Assembly (NCBI GenBank): GCA_963701095.1
Contig: OY969564.1
Location: forward strand, 640,001 to 704,000
Origin: an uncultured Methanoregulaceae archaeon
GTDB taxonomy: Archaea; Halobacteriota; Methanomicrobia; Methanomicrobiales; Methanospirillaceae
DNA length: 64,000 nt
Direction of reading: 5' to 3'
Every line of letters starts with the position of its first letter. The first letter of the stretch is position 1. Below the pieces are notes generated by a model. It saw only the letters and a list, made by a program, of their open reading frames with translations. It was not told the origin of the DNA and did no database searches. A program made the position numbers and the translations under genes. Positions 10,495 to 19,945 of this stretch are shown here, in pieces.

Positions 10495-11748
10495 ATGACA
10501 AAGAAAGGCGATATGCTCTACGCATGGACCAACGACGCTGAGATCCAGAAGAAAGCCGAACTTGGCGGTGCGGTCACGTCCCTCTGGAAGCACGCGCTTG
10601 AATCCAAGACCATCGACGGCGTCCTCGTCATTTCCAAAGGTAAGGATCTCTACGATGCAAAACCCACGCTCGTAACCGATCCGGCACAGCTTGCAAACAC
10701 GGCAGGCTCACTCCACTGCGGTACGCTCCTCCTGCCCAAACTGATCAAGAAGTACTTTGACGGTGCGGCAAACACCAGAATTGGCGTTACCGTAAAAGGC
10801 TGCGATGCAATGGCGTTCTACGAACTTGCCAAGCGCAAGCAGATCAATCTCGACAATATCTTTATGATCGGTGTCAACTGCGGAGGATCCGTCAGCCCGG
10901 TACTCGCCCGCAAGATGATCGCTGACAAGTACGGTGTTGACCCGGACACGGTCCACAAGGAAGAGATCGACAAGGGCCAGTTTATCATCGAATACGAAGG
11001 CGGCCACAAGGGAATAACCGTCGACGAACTCGAAGAACACGGTTACGGACGCCGGTCCAACTGCCGCCGCTGCAAGATGAAAGTGCCCCGGCAGGCAGAC
11101 CTTGCCTGCGGTAACTGGGGTGTTATCGGGCCCCGTGCCGGCAAAGCGACATTTGTTGAAGTATGCAGCGAGAAAGGTGCAAACCTTCTGGACAGCGCAG
11201 TCAAGAAAGGTATCCTTGCGACAGAAGCAGCAAACCCCAAGGGTCTTGAGATCCGCGGTAAAGTCGAAGGTGCCATGCTCAAGCTCGGCGAGAAGTGGCG
11301 AACCAAAGACTTCACTGGTCTTGGCGAAGGAAAAGAACGCCTCAAGAAGATCATGACCGAAACCTCACGGTGCATCAAGTGCTACTCGTGCATCTCCGCC
11401 TGCCCGATCTGTTACTGTGTTGACTGCACGACCAAGAACCCGGTCTACGTAAAACCCGGCGAAGTCCCGCCAAATTTCATGTTCCACCTTATCCGGTTTG
11501 CCCATATTGCAGACTCCTGCGTGAACTGCGGCCAGTGCCAGGAACTCTGTCCAGCAGAGATTCCGAATGCGCTTTTCATGCACGCCCAGCAGGTCGAACT
11601 CGAAAAGATGTTTGGCCATGTTCCGGGTATCAACATGGAACTTCCGTTGATGGCGTTTGTTGAAGAACGCGAAGAACGCGCCCGGCTTTCAAACACCGGA
11701 AGCGACATGATCTACCAGAACGTGTTCAACCCGGTTCCCAAGAAATAA
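10495..11748 (+). CDS. fdhB: Formate dehydrogenase beta subunit (F420-binding FrhB/FdhB family with C-terminal ferredoxin domain)
   Basis: GGAVTSL, GSLHCG, KGCD, GVNCGG, RRSNCRRC, ADLACGNWG, CIKCYSCISACPICYC, CVNCGQCQELCP. Confidence 0.95.
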   Translation: MTKKGDMLYAWTNDAEIQKKAELGGAVTSLWKHALESKTIDGVLVISKGKDLYDAKPTLVTDPAQLANTAGSLHCGTLLLPKLIKKYFDGAANTRIGVTVKGCDAMAFYELAKRKQINLDNIFMIGVNCGGSVSPVLARKMIADKYGVDPDTVHKEEIDKGQFIIEYEGGHKGITVDELEEHGYGRRSNCRRCKMKVPRQADLACGNWGVIGPRAGKATFVEVCSEKGANLLDSAVKKGILATEAANPKGLEIRGKVEGAMLKLGEKWRTKDFTGLGEGKERLKKIMTETSRCIKCYSCISACPICYCVDCTTKNPVYVKPGEVPPNFMFHLIRFAHIADSCVNCGQCQELCPAEIPNALFMHAQQVELEKMFGHVPGINMELPLMAFVEEREERARLSNTGSDMIYQNVFNPVPKK

Positions 11749-11770
11749 TCTCTTTTTTTTTAAAACCATT

Positions 11771-12823
11771 TCAACAACATTCTGTGAAACAGCGTTTAGC
11801 GGGCACGGTCGTTGGTAATACCGTGCAGTTTCCGGAACATCCGTACCGCGCCCGGGTCGTAGCAGAGGGTTCCGGCAGGGGATCGGTGAACCGCCTGCCA
11901 TCTACGGACTCAAGGATGGCATTAATAGCCGCAGGGTTGCCCGGCCCGTACCCTCCTTCAAGGACAAAGGCGGGTGAAAGACCCGTTGCATCCAGAAGAA
12001 GGCTTGTCAGGGTTCCGTAATCTTCCGGAACAAGACCCATGACACTGAGGGGATCATCGAAAAGCATGTCCTGGCCGGCCGAGACCAGGATAAGATCCGG
12101 ATGCACCCGTTCCAGCACCGGGAAAAAAGATCCGTGAAAACATGGGCAACATCTCCGATCGTGCTTCCCGGCATAAGCGGGGCGTTAACCGTGTAGCCGG
12201 CACCGGGGCCGGTGCCAATTTCCACTGCCGCTCCGGAGTAGGGGAACAATCCCTCTGCATGGACCGAACAGTACACTACCCGGTCGCTTTTTACAAAAAT
12301 TTCCTGGGTACCGTTCCCATGGTGCAGGTCCCAGTCAATAATAGCGACTTTGTCGACGGAATCCAGAGCCCGTGCAGCCGCAACAGCAACATTATTGATA
12401 ATGCAAAACCCCATTGCCCACCCGGGAAGGGCATGATGGCCCGGTGGCCGGACAAAGGCAAAACAGCTCTCCCCGTCCCGTGCACGATCCGCTGCCCTGC
12501 ATGCGGCTCCTGCTGCGTAGGTTGCAACGTCGTAGGACCATGGCGTGATGTACGTATCAGCATCGATAAACCACTGTATTGCCGCAAGGTCCGGGTCTTT
12601 GGTAGTGCCGGTAACGGGAAACGGGCTCAGACTTCGCAGCCATGAGAGGTAGCCGGCCTTGTGGACCCGGCCCAGATCCTCTGCCGTTGCCGCCACAGGA
12701 TCGAGCACCGGAATACCAGACCGGCAAATGCGCAGCAATCGTATGAAGACGTTGAGCAGATTCAGGATGGCCCGGGCAGTCGTGGCGATCATAGACCGGC
12801 CCGGTAATAACGGAGCATTTCAT
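11771..12823 (-). CDS. Histone deacetylase / AcuC-family Zn-dependent deacetylase; 2-3 frameshifts
   Basis: GHPESAQRL, RPPGHHA, GFCIINN, DWDLHHGNGTQ, SAGQD, LEGGY spread over three frames. One shift lies in an A7 run at about 12125. Confidence 0.88.
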
Positions 12824-12960
12824 ACTGCACCATCGGCCCCGATTCGGACACGGAGATGATATGTTTGTGAGCTGATGAATATTACGACACACACCGTAAT
12901 CAGGACAATCTCAAAAGGAATAGAGAGAGATAAAACGTTAAAAAAGAAAACAAACCCTTT

Positions 12961-13281
12961 CTATTCTTTTGACTTCCGTATCATCTGGACTTTCTGAAGG
13001 GTAATCTGGCCATGCTCGATGTATTTTTCGATCTCCGGGAGAACCGCCATAATTTTCTCTTCTTCATCAACAATCTCAAGGGTAACCGGCAGATCGAGGG
13101 AGAGCCCGATCACGTCGACCGTATGGACAACGCTCTCGTGGCCAAACCCTGCCATCCCCCGATAAACGGTACATCCCGGAAACCCCTTTTCCTTGAAATA
13201 GTTCACCAGGAATTTGTATGCGGGCCGGTCTTCAATCTTGGCCGATTCAGCGATATAAATTTTGAGTAATATCCCGTCCAT
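12961..13281 (-). CDS. DUF190 (PII-like) protein
   Basis: LKIYIAES...GCTVYRGMAGFG...LSLDLPVTLEIVD; the usual neighbour of crcB genes. Confidence 0.9.
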   Translation of the reverse strand: MDGILLKIYIAESAKIEDRPAYKFLVNYFKEKGFPGCTVYRGMAGFGHESVVHTVDVIGLSLDLPVTLEIVDEEEKIMAVLPEIEKYIEHGQITLQKVQMIRKSKE

Positions 13282-13305
13282 TATCATACGATAACCTCCG
13301 TTTTT

Positions 13306-13662
13306 TTAGATTGCCCACCAGGTGCAAATAAGATATCCAGCTGCCACAGCAGCAAGGCCGCCTCCGACACTAATCGCACTATATGTCGCAAGAGTGCGAT
13401 AATCATGATCCTCCAACATACGAAACGTCTCATACGAAAATGTTGAAAACGTCGTAAAACCACCAAGACCGCCGGTCCCGATAAGATAATACAGGTCGCC
13501 TTTGACCAGTGAAAATACCAGCAGGGAAAATGCGAAACTTCCTATAATGTTGACAAGAAACGTCCCGGTAGGAATGCCCCGGATTGGCTCGATGCGTGAG
13601 AAGACAAAGCGGAGTACCGATCCTGCCGCCCCGCCCACGCCGACAAGGAGAACCGGATCCAT
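13306..13662 (-). CDS. crcB: Fluoride channel Fluc/CrcB
   Basis: GGAAGSVLRF, GTFLVNIIGSF, GGFTTFSTF. Confidence 0.95.
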   Translation of the reverse strand: MDPVLLVGVGGAAGSVLRFVFSRIEPIRGIPTGTFLVNIIGSFAFSLLVFSLVKGDLYYLIGTGGLGGFTTFSTFSYETFRMLEDHDYRTLATYSAISVGGGLAAVAAGYLICTWWAI

Positions 13663-14064
13663 TCAAAATCTCCGGTAAAGGATAACAAGTCTCCCCAGCC
13701 ATATGGCGCCAAAACCCAGTAGCAGTGTGACCACGAGATTTAAAACGCCGATGAGCGGACCTGCTGCAAAGGACTGGACTTCAAGAGCAGAGAAGGTAGT
13801 GTACGATCCGATAATACCGACCGCACAGAACTGCCGGGTAGTTTGCGAAAACCTTCCCAGGTACATCGATTCGTACATGAATATTCCAAGGAAAAAGCAG
13901 CCGGTGGTGTTGACAAACAAGGTTCCGGGAAGGGTGAAGACGATGCCGGTATCGACAAGGTACCGTAGCACAGCACCGATAAAACCTCCGATGGCCACCG
14001 CGGCAAACGCAACGCACGACTCAACAGAAGGTAAAAACGCCGTATGAAGGCTTCCGGACGACAA
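13663..14064 (-). CDS. crcB: Fluoride channel Fluc/CrcB (second subunit of a probable heterodimer)
   Basis: GGFIGAVLRY, GTLFVNTTGCF, GSYTTFSAL. Confidence 0.92.
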   Translation of the reverse strand: MSSGSLHTAFLPSVESCVAFAAVAIGGFIGAVLRYLVDTGIVFTLPGTLFVNTTGCFFLGIFMYESMYLGRFSQTTRQFCAVGIIGSYTTFSALEVQSFAAGPLIGVLNLVVTLLLGFGAIWLGRLVILYRRF

Positions 14065-14098
14065 CGAATTAATTCCCCCAAATCACCGTTCGTTTTTT

Positions 14099-14152
14099 GT
14101 AGAAGTCATCAGTCACGCGAATCGGTGGCGGTTGGAGGCGGACTTCATCGCC
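14099..14152 (-). ncRNA. Fluoride riboswitch (crcB motif)
   Basis: The minus strand reads GGCGATGAAGTCCGCC-TCCAACCGCCACCGATTCGCGTGA-CTGATGACTTCTAC, matching the GGCGAUG...CGCC...CUGAUG...CUAC consensus with the GAAGTC/GACTTC pseudoknot pairing. It lies 35 nt upstream of crcB. Confidence 0.93.
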
Positions 14153-14219
14153 GTTATCATAGATTGGTTTTCAGTGTTTTTGAATCTGGCGAAAAAAGCT
14201 TCAGTAATATGGCTTACAT

Positions 14220-14298
14220 CCACCCGGATCAGCCGATCTGCTGCCACCAAACTGATCTCTTTTGCCTCTTTCCGGTATTCTTTTATAATGCGTGGCAT
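14220..14298 (-). pseudogene. Possible N-terminal relic of a TetR-family regulator
   Basis: MPRIIKEYRKEAKEISLVAA resembles methanogen TetR N-termini, then the similarity stops. Confidence 0.35.
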
Positions 14299-14480
14299 GA
14301 TTTTTTGTAGTCCAAGGCGTAGAGTAAAAATGGTAGAGCGAGTAATATTTATGACATTGGGAAGCGCGTTCCGAAAGGTTATGATACAATTATACCTGTC
14401 AACACACAAACATTGACATATATTCCGGCATCTTTTCGAACGCTGAAAAAAAATCCAAACGAGAACAAAAAAGGAAAACC

Positions 14481-15746
14481 ATGAGATCCAGTACTATCGT
14501 TATTTGCATCCTCCTCTCTGCCCTGATGGCCATGGCAGTTATGCCGGTCTTCGCCGATGATATCCCAACGGTGAACGTTGGTAGTTTTGAGGTAAATCCT
14601 TCAGTGCTCTTGCCCGGCAGCTTTGGCACGATAACGATTACGGTAAACAATACTGCCCAGAGTGCCTCTCTCACCCAGGAATCCGGGGAGCTCCAGTCAA
14701 CTACCTATACCCAGGTAAGAACCAACGATATCAGCGTCAATATCCAGAATGTTCATCTTGAAGGAGACGGTATCACGGTTTTAACCGATGATTTCAACCG
14801 AATTGGCGATTTAGGCCCGGGCAAGTCCATTCCTCTTACCTTCTCCATACAGGCCCCGGACCAACCAGGCATATATTATCCCGAGATCTGGATCGATACC
14901 CAGGGCGGGCAGAGCACGCGGTTCCCGATCCCGGTCAATGTTGATACTGCAGTCGGCATCCAGAAACAGGCCATCCTTATCATGAACAGTGATATTAACA
15001 GCACTGTCAACCCCGGAGATGAGATCCCGGTAACGCTGACAATCAGTAACGCAGGCCAGCTTCTCGCAGACGATGTTACCCTGAAAATATCAAACGTGAG
15101 TACAGACATTGCTCCCGAGAATACCGATACCTACAATATCGGCCTTCTCAACCCGGCCGACCAGAAAACGATCGATGTTGTCCTTCTTTCAGATAAGCTG
15201 ACACCCCCCGGCCTTATCCAGATACCGGTAACGATAAAGTACGCAACAATTGACGGAACCCAGATAACGCAGGCTTCAAGTATCGATCTTACGCTCGAGG
15301 GAAAGGCGGAACTCGGCATCGTTTCCATAGATACAAACCCGTCACCGCTTGTCGCAGCAACCCCGTTTGATCTTACGATCCGTATAGAAAACACCGGCAC
15401 CGGTGATGCAAAACAGGTCGCGGCGACCGTGGATCTTCCTGCTGAGGGGACGAAAAAGGCATTTATCGGGAAGATCGCCCCGGGTGATGACGCACCCGCA
15501 CTATTCCAGATCGAAAACATGAAAGGCGGTACGTACCCGTATAACCTCACCGTAAATTACACCGATGATTTGGGTTTTCATTCCTATACCCAGCCAATGA
15601 GTCTCCGGGTGCCACCTTCTGATTCTGTTGGAGGCGTTATCTTCGGGCTTATCGTCCTTGTGATCCTCGGGTTCCTCGGGTACCGCTACTGGTACCTGCC
15701 CCATAAAAAAGGCGACGGGACATTCCCATGGGTAAAAAAGAACTAA
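14481..15746 (+). CDS. COG1361 S-layer-like secreted multi-Ig protein with C-terminal TM anchor
   Basis: Signal peptide, repeated beta-sandwich segments (IGDLGPGKS, NAGQLLADDV, IENTGTGDAK), C-terminal TM helix. Confidence 0.82.
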   Translation: MRSSTIVICILLSALMAMAVMPVFADDIPTVNVGSFEVNPSVLLPGSFGTITITVNNTAQSASLTQESGELQSTTYTQVRTNDISVNIQNVHLEGDGITVLTDDFNRIGDLGPGKSIPLTFSIQAPDQPGIYYPEIWIDTQGGQSTRFPIPVNVDTAVGIQKQAILIMNSDINSTVNPGDEIPVTLTISNAGQLLADDVTLKISNVSTDIAPENTDTYNIGLLNPADQKTIDVVLLSDKLTPPGLIQIPVTIKYATIDGTQITQASSIDLTLEGKAELGIVSIDTNPSPLVAATPFDLTIRIENTGTGDAKQVAATVDLPAEGTKKAFIGKIAPGDDAPALFQIENMKGGTYPYNLTVNYTDDLGFHSYTQPMSLRVPPSDSVGGVIFGLIVLVILGFLGYRYWYLPHKKGDGTFPWVKKN

Positions 15747-16945
15747 AGGTCGCCTTCCTGCTCGCTATTCGTTCTCTCCAACGAGGGGGCAGGACAAGTG
15801 TGATCCTGACCGTCCTGATTGTGGGGATGTGTTTTACCAACATGATCTTCCTGCCGTCCCTGTTTAGCGGGATCGAGCAAAGCATCACGACCCAGCTTGT
15901 TGACTACGAAGTGGGAAATGTTTTCGTGAGCCCCGAATTAGGCTACCAGTATATCACGAACCTGACAGACACGCTTGGTCTTATTAACGGTATGCCCGGC
16001 GTGGAACGGGCAACGCCCCATATATCAGAAGGTGCGACTCTCAAATACCGGCAACGTATCCTCGGAGTCTCGGTCCGAGCCATCATGCCCAATGACGAGA
16101 AATACGTCTCACCGTTGTACACAAAGATAATAACGGGCAACTATCTCGGCAACACGGATACCGGTGAGGTTATCATCGGGAAACCGGTAGCCGGTAATCC
16201 TGCAATCCGGGCAGAAGATGAATTCCAACCGTCGCTCGGCGGTGTCCGTGTCGGCGATTCGATCACGATCGCGTATGCAAACGGGTATACAAAAAATTAC
16301 ATCGTAAAAGGGATCTATTCCACCGGCTGGAGCGAAGCGGACAGTTCAGTCTATGTAAGCTGGACTGATATGGAACAGGTGCTGGGCCAGCAGCCCCTCA
16401 ATTATGCGGATGATATTACCGTTAAGACGGCACCGGGGTATACTGATGAGTTTGTCAAAGATGAACTCACCCAGTACGGGGTTTCGCAGAAAGTCCAGAC
16501 AACAAACGACCTGCTTGGAAAGAGCCTGGGCGCTGCATTCCAGAGTTTTGCCATCATTAACGACGTATCCCTGATTGTAAGTATCATCATTACAACAGTC
16601 GTGCTCTTCATTGTTATCACGATTAAGACCCTCAACAGCCGAAAACAGATCGGGATCCTCAAGGCAATCGGTGTCGATAAGGAAGTGATCATGCACAGTT
16701 ACGGGTTCCAGGTCATGATCCTTGCAGTCCTTGGCATTATCCTTGGTATAATTGTCACGTCGTTACTCGCAGTCTATATGGCCCTTCACCCCATCGTAAC
16801 TCCCGCATGGTCTGCAACCCTGTACCTGACCCCTATGGACCTGTTTACCAATTCCCTGATCCTCTTTATCGCCGCTATTGTTGCCGGGTATGTCCCGGCG
16901 TACCAGGTATCGCGTGAAGATATCCAGTCGGCAATGAGGACCTGA
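15728..16945 (+). CDS. ABC transporter permease (MacB/FtsX/LolE family)
   Basis: N-terminal TM, large extracytoplasmic loop, RKQIGILKAIG, three C-terminal TMs. Confidence 0.9.
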   Translation: MGKKELKVAFLLAIRSLQRGGRTSVILTVLIVGMCFTNMIFLPSLFSGIEQSITTQLVDYEVGNVFVSPELGYQYITNLTDTLGLINGMPGVERATPHISEGATLKYRQRILGVSVRAIMPNDEKYVSPLYTKIITGNYLGNTDTGEVIIGKPVAGNPAIRAEDEFQPSLGGVRVGDSITIAYANGYTKNYIVKGIYSTGWSEADSSVYVSWTDMEQVLGQQPLNYADDITVKTAPGYTDEFVKDELTQYGVSQKVQTTNDLLGKSLGAAFQSFAIINDVSLIVSIIITTVVLFIVITIKTLNSRKQIGILKAIGVDKEVIMHSYGFQVMILAVLGIILGIIVTSLLAVYMALHPIVTPAWSATLYLTPMDLFTNSLILFIAAIVAGYVPAYQVSREDIQSAMRT

Positions 16946-16946
16946 A

Positions 16947-17660
16947 ATGATCGAGATCCTCGATTTGCAGAAAATCTACCGTATGGGAAATGTCGAGGTC
17001 AGGGCCCTTGACGGTGTCACTCTCACTATTGAAAAAGGAGAGTTCCTCGGTATTATGGGTGCAAGCGGCAGTGGCAAGACTACGCTCCTGCACATGCTGG
17101 GTCTCCTTGATACACCCACCTCCGGTAAGATCCTGATTGACGGGATGGACATTTCCCTTTTCAGTGATTATGAGAAAACCATGTTCCGGCTCTATAAGCT
17201 CGGCTATGTTTTTCAGGATTACGCACTGGTCCCCGATCTCACGGTTATGGAAAATGTGTCGATTCCTGCAATGCTCCGGCAGGACCGTACCGATGAACAG
17301 ACAACAAAGGACACCCTTGAAATACTGGAACGTATCGGCCTGCGTGACCGGAAAGACCACCTTCCCCGGGAACTCTCGGGCGGCCAGCAGCAGCGGGTTT
17401 CGATAGCCAGATCTATTGTCAATAAGCCGGATATCCTCTTTGCCGATGAACCCTGTGCGAACCTAGACACGGAAAACTCAAAGATTGTTCTCGATCTGTT
17501 CCGGGAGATCAACCGGGAAATGCAGCAGACTATCGTGATGGTCTCGCATGAAGAATGGCACAAGGATTATTTCCACCGTATTGTGCAGCTTCGGGACGGA
17601 AAAGTCGTCAGCGATGATATGCACGAGGAGAGAAAAACTTCAGCCGGTTTTCAACAATAA
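16947..17660 (+). CDS. ABC transporter ATP-binding protein (LolD/MacB-type)
   Basis: [22 protein letters not shown]. Confidence 0.95.
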   Translation: MIEILDLQKIYRMGNVEVRALDGVTLTIEKGEFLGIMGASGSGKTTLLHMLGLLDTPTSGKILIDGMDISLFSDYEKTMFRLYKLGYVFQDYALVPDLTVMENVSIPAMLRQDRTDEQTTKDTLEILERIGLRDRKDHLPRELSGGQQQRVSIARSIVNKPDILFADEPCANLDTENSKIVLDLFREINREMQQTIVMVSHEEWHKDYFHRIVQLRDGKVVSDDMHEERKTSAGFQQ

Positions 17661-17681
17661 TCATAATACTTTACCGGGAAA

Positions 17682-18302
17682 ATGAACAGTATGTATTATG
17701 AATTCAAGGAACTGCTTTTTTCCCCACGTGCATTTTTCTCCAAAAAAACAGGACCTGCATTCAACCTCCTGGTACCCACGCTAATTGTTTTAACAGGCGG
17801 TGTTTTTGGACTTATAACACCGTATGTTATCAGTTATTTTTCACATGAAGGACTGGCACCGGTAAACGCGATTTTACCTGTCTTCGCGGTTCCTCTCTAT
17901 ATATTAGGACCGTTTGTTGCCTGGTTCCTTTTTTCCGGTATTCTCTATGGGATCTGCAAATTGTTCTTCTCAGGCACCGGGACGTTTATCCTTACCCTCC
18001 AGAATACCGGCTATGCCGTCCTGCCCCTCACCATTATTTCACTTGTCCCGCTGATCCAGGCTCTGTTCTTCAGTAAAATCGGGGAAATTCCCGGGACCTA
18101 TGATGTGTTGATCCTGTTCGGGTTCAACATACTTTCCCTCTTGTTTATCATCTGGACCGGCTACCTCTGGGCCGCTGCAATGGAAAAAACGCATGCCATC
18201 ACCCGGAGCAGATCCCTGGTGGCAGCCTCCGTTACGGTGCTGATATACCTGGCGTACCACCTGATCGTTTTGTTTGTTATGGCAAGCCGGTTGCTTTCCT
18301 GA
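17682..18302 (+). CDS. Yip1-domain membrane protein
   Basis: LLFSPRAFF start, about 5 TM helices, GTGTFILTLQNTGYAVLP. Confidence 0.75.
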   Translation: MNSMYYEFKELLFSPRAFFSKKTGPAFNLLVPTLIVLTGGVFGLITPYVISYFSHEGLAPVNAILPVFAVPLYILGPFVAWFLFSGILYGICKLFFSGTGTFILTLQNTGYAVLPLTIISLVPLIQALFFSKIGEIPGTYDVLILFGFNILSLLFIIWTGYLWAAAMEKTHAITRSRSLVAASVTVLIYLAYHLIVLFVMASRLLS

Positions 18303-18353
18303 TTTTTATTCCAAAAGAATAATTTTAAGTAGCCTTTCCGGTTACTACCTAAT

Positions 18354-19685
18354 ATGGCTGTGATCGATCTGGAACGGGTGGACAGGATCAAACAGATACT
18401 CAAGTGGAATCCGCGGGGCATGACCATTTCGGATCTCACTAAAAAAATGCAGATCAACCGGAACCTCATCGCCAAAAACCTGGACATGCTGGTGATCTCG
18501 GGTCAGGTTGAGATGCAGCCCATCGGGACCGCTAAAGTGTATTTTCTCTCAAAACGCGTTCCTGTCTCGTCAATGCTCGAATTTTCATCTGATCTGGTGA
18601 TCATGGTCGACCAGCAGGGAAAGATCGTGTATACCAACGAACACGTTCCTGCACTCCTGGACATCAGCCGGGAAGACCTGATCGGAAAAAAGATCGACGC
18701 AATCGATCATCCCTTCCTGCGGGATCTCTCGCGGAGTGTACAGGATCGGGATCCCAAAGACCGGACCGGTAAAGAAGACATCGGGCAGATAAGCAGCAGT
18801 ATACGGAACGTGCACCGGTATTTCCGCACAAAAAAAGTGCCTACGGCGTTTGAAGACGGAAGCCAGGGATTTACTTTTATTATTGAAGATATCACAGCGC
18901 AGATAACCTACCAGCAGAAGCTCGAGCTGAGTGAAGCCCAGTACCGGGGCCTGGTGAGGTCGTCCGGTGAAGCAATCATCGGGAGCACGGAGGAGGGTAA
19001 GATCACCAGCTGGAACCATGCGGCACAACGGGTCTTTGGTTATACCGAAACGGAGATCGTGGAACAGCATTTCAGCCAGCTGGTACCAGCAAAGACCCAT
19101 GCGGATCTTGACCGGCTCCTGCAGGATATTCGCAATGGTGACTGTGTCCAGCGGCGTGAGATGAAGATGGTCCGAAAAGATGGAAACGTGATTGATACCC
19201 TGATCACCATCTGTCCTATCCGGGACGAGCAGGGGACTATCACCGGTGCGTCATCGATCGTCCAGGATATTACCTACGAGAAACTCGGTGAACGGGCACG
19301 CGAATACGAAGACCGGTACCGTACCCTCGTTGAGGATATGAATGTCGGCGTCTACCGGAGTACCGGTGATCCTCGCGGAAGGTTTGTCTGGGGAAATACG
19401 GCACTCCTCCAAATCCTGGGCTTTGGCTCCATGGACGATCTCAAAGAGATCGATGTCACCGATGTTTTCTCTGAACCGGACGGGCGATCCCGGCTTCTTG
19501 ATGAATTACACCGGCAGGGGTTTGTTAAAAACCGGATCCTTTCCCTGAAACGCACCAACGGTTCGCCGGTAACCGTCAGCGTCACCGCTCTTGCCGAATT
19601 TAACGATGACAATAACCTGGTATTCGTCAACGGTATTGTCCAGGACATTTCCGGTTTTGTGAACCAGTCTGCTGAGACGGGATAA
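18354..19685 (+). CDS. wHTH + three PAS-domain one-component regulator
   Basis: NPRGMTISDLTKKMQINRNLIAKNLDML HTH, followed by PAS/PAC repeats (ITSWNHAAQRVFGY, IVQDIT); no kinase domain. Confidence 0.85.
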   Translation: MAVIDLERVDRIKQILKWNPRGMTISDLTKKMQINRNLIAKNLDMLVISGQVEMQPIGTAKVYFLSKRVPVSSMLEFSSDLVIMVDQQGKIVYTNEHVPALLDISREDLIGKKIDAIDHPFLRDLSRSVQDRDPKDRTGKEDIGQISSSIRNVHRYFRTKKVPTAFEDGSQGFTFIIEDITAQITYQQKLELSEAQYRGLVRSSGEAIIGSTEEGKITSWNHAAQRVFGYTETEIVEQHFSQLVPAKTHADLDRLLQDIRNGDCVQRREMKMVRKDGNVIDTLITICPIRDEQGTITGASSIVQDITYEKLGERAREYEDRYRTLVEDMNVGVYRSTGDPRGRFVWGNTALLQILGFGSMDDLKEIDVTDVFSEPDGRSRLLDELHRQGFVKNRILSLKRTNGSPVTVSVTALAEFNDDNNLVFVNGIVQDISGFVNQSAETG

Positions 19686-19945
19686 GTATCCGTAAGTTTT
19701 ACCAGAGGCTGACATGTCCCTGCTCCGAGCAGAAGTAGCCATGCACCTCTGCCTTGCATTAATTAATGTTTATTCTTTTAGTAGGATAGTTTGATCACGT
19801 TTCTCCTGCCTATCGGAGATTTCATTGATTCGGAAAATGTGTATCCAACCACGGGATTACGTGGGCGCTAGTACAGATTCTCCACTCCTGCCATCAGGAT
19901 TGTAGACAATTCATGGGAGTTGGATTTGGTTTAAGGGAGGATAAA

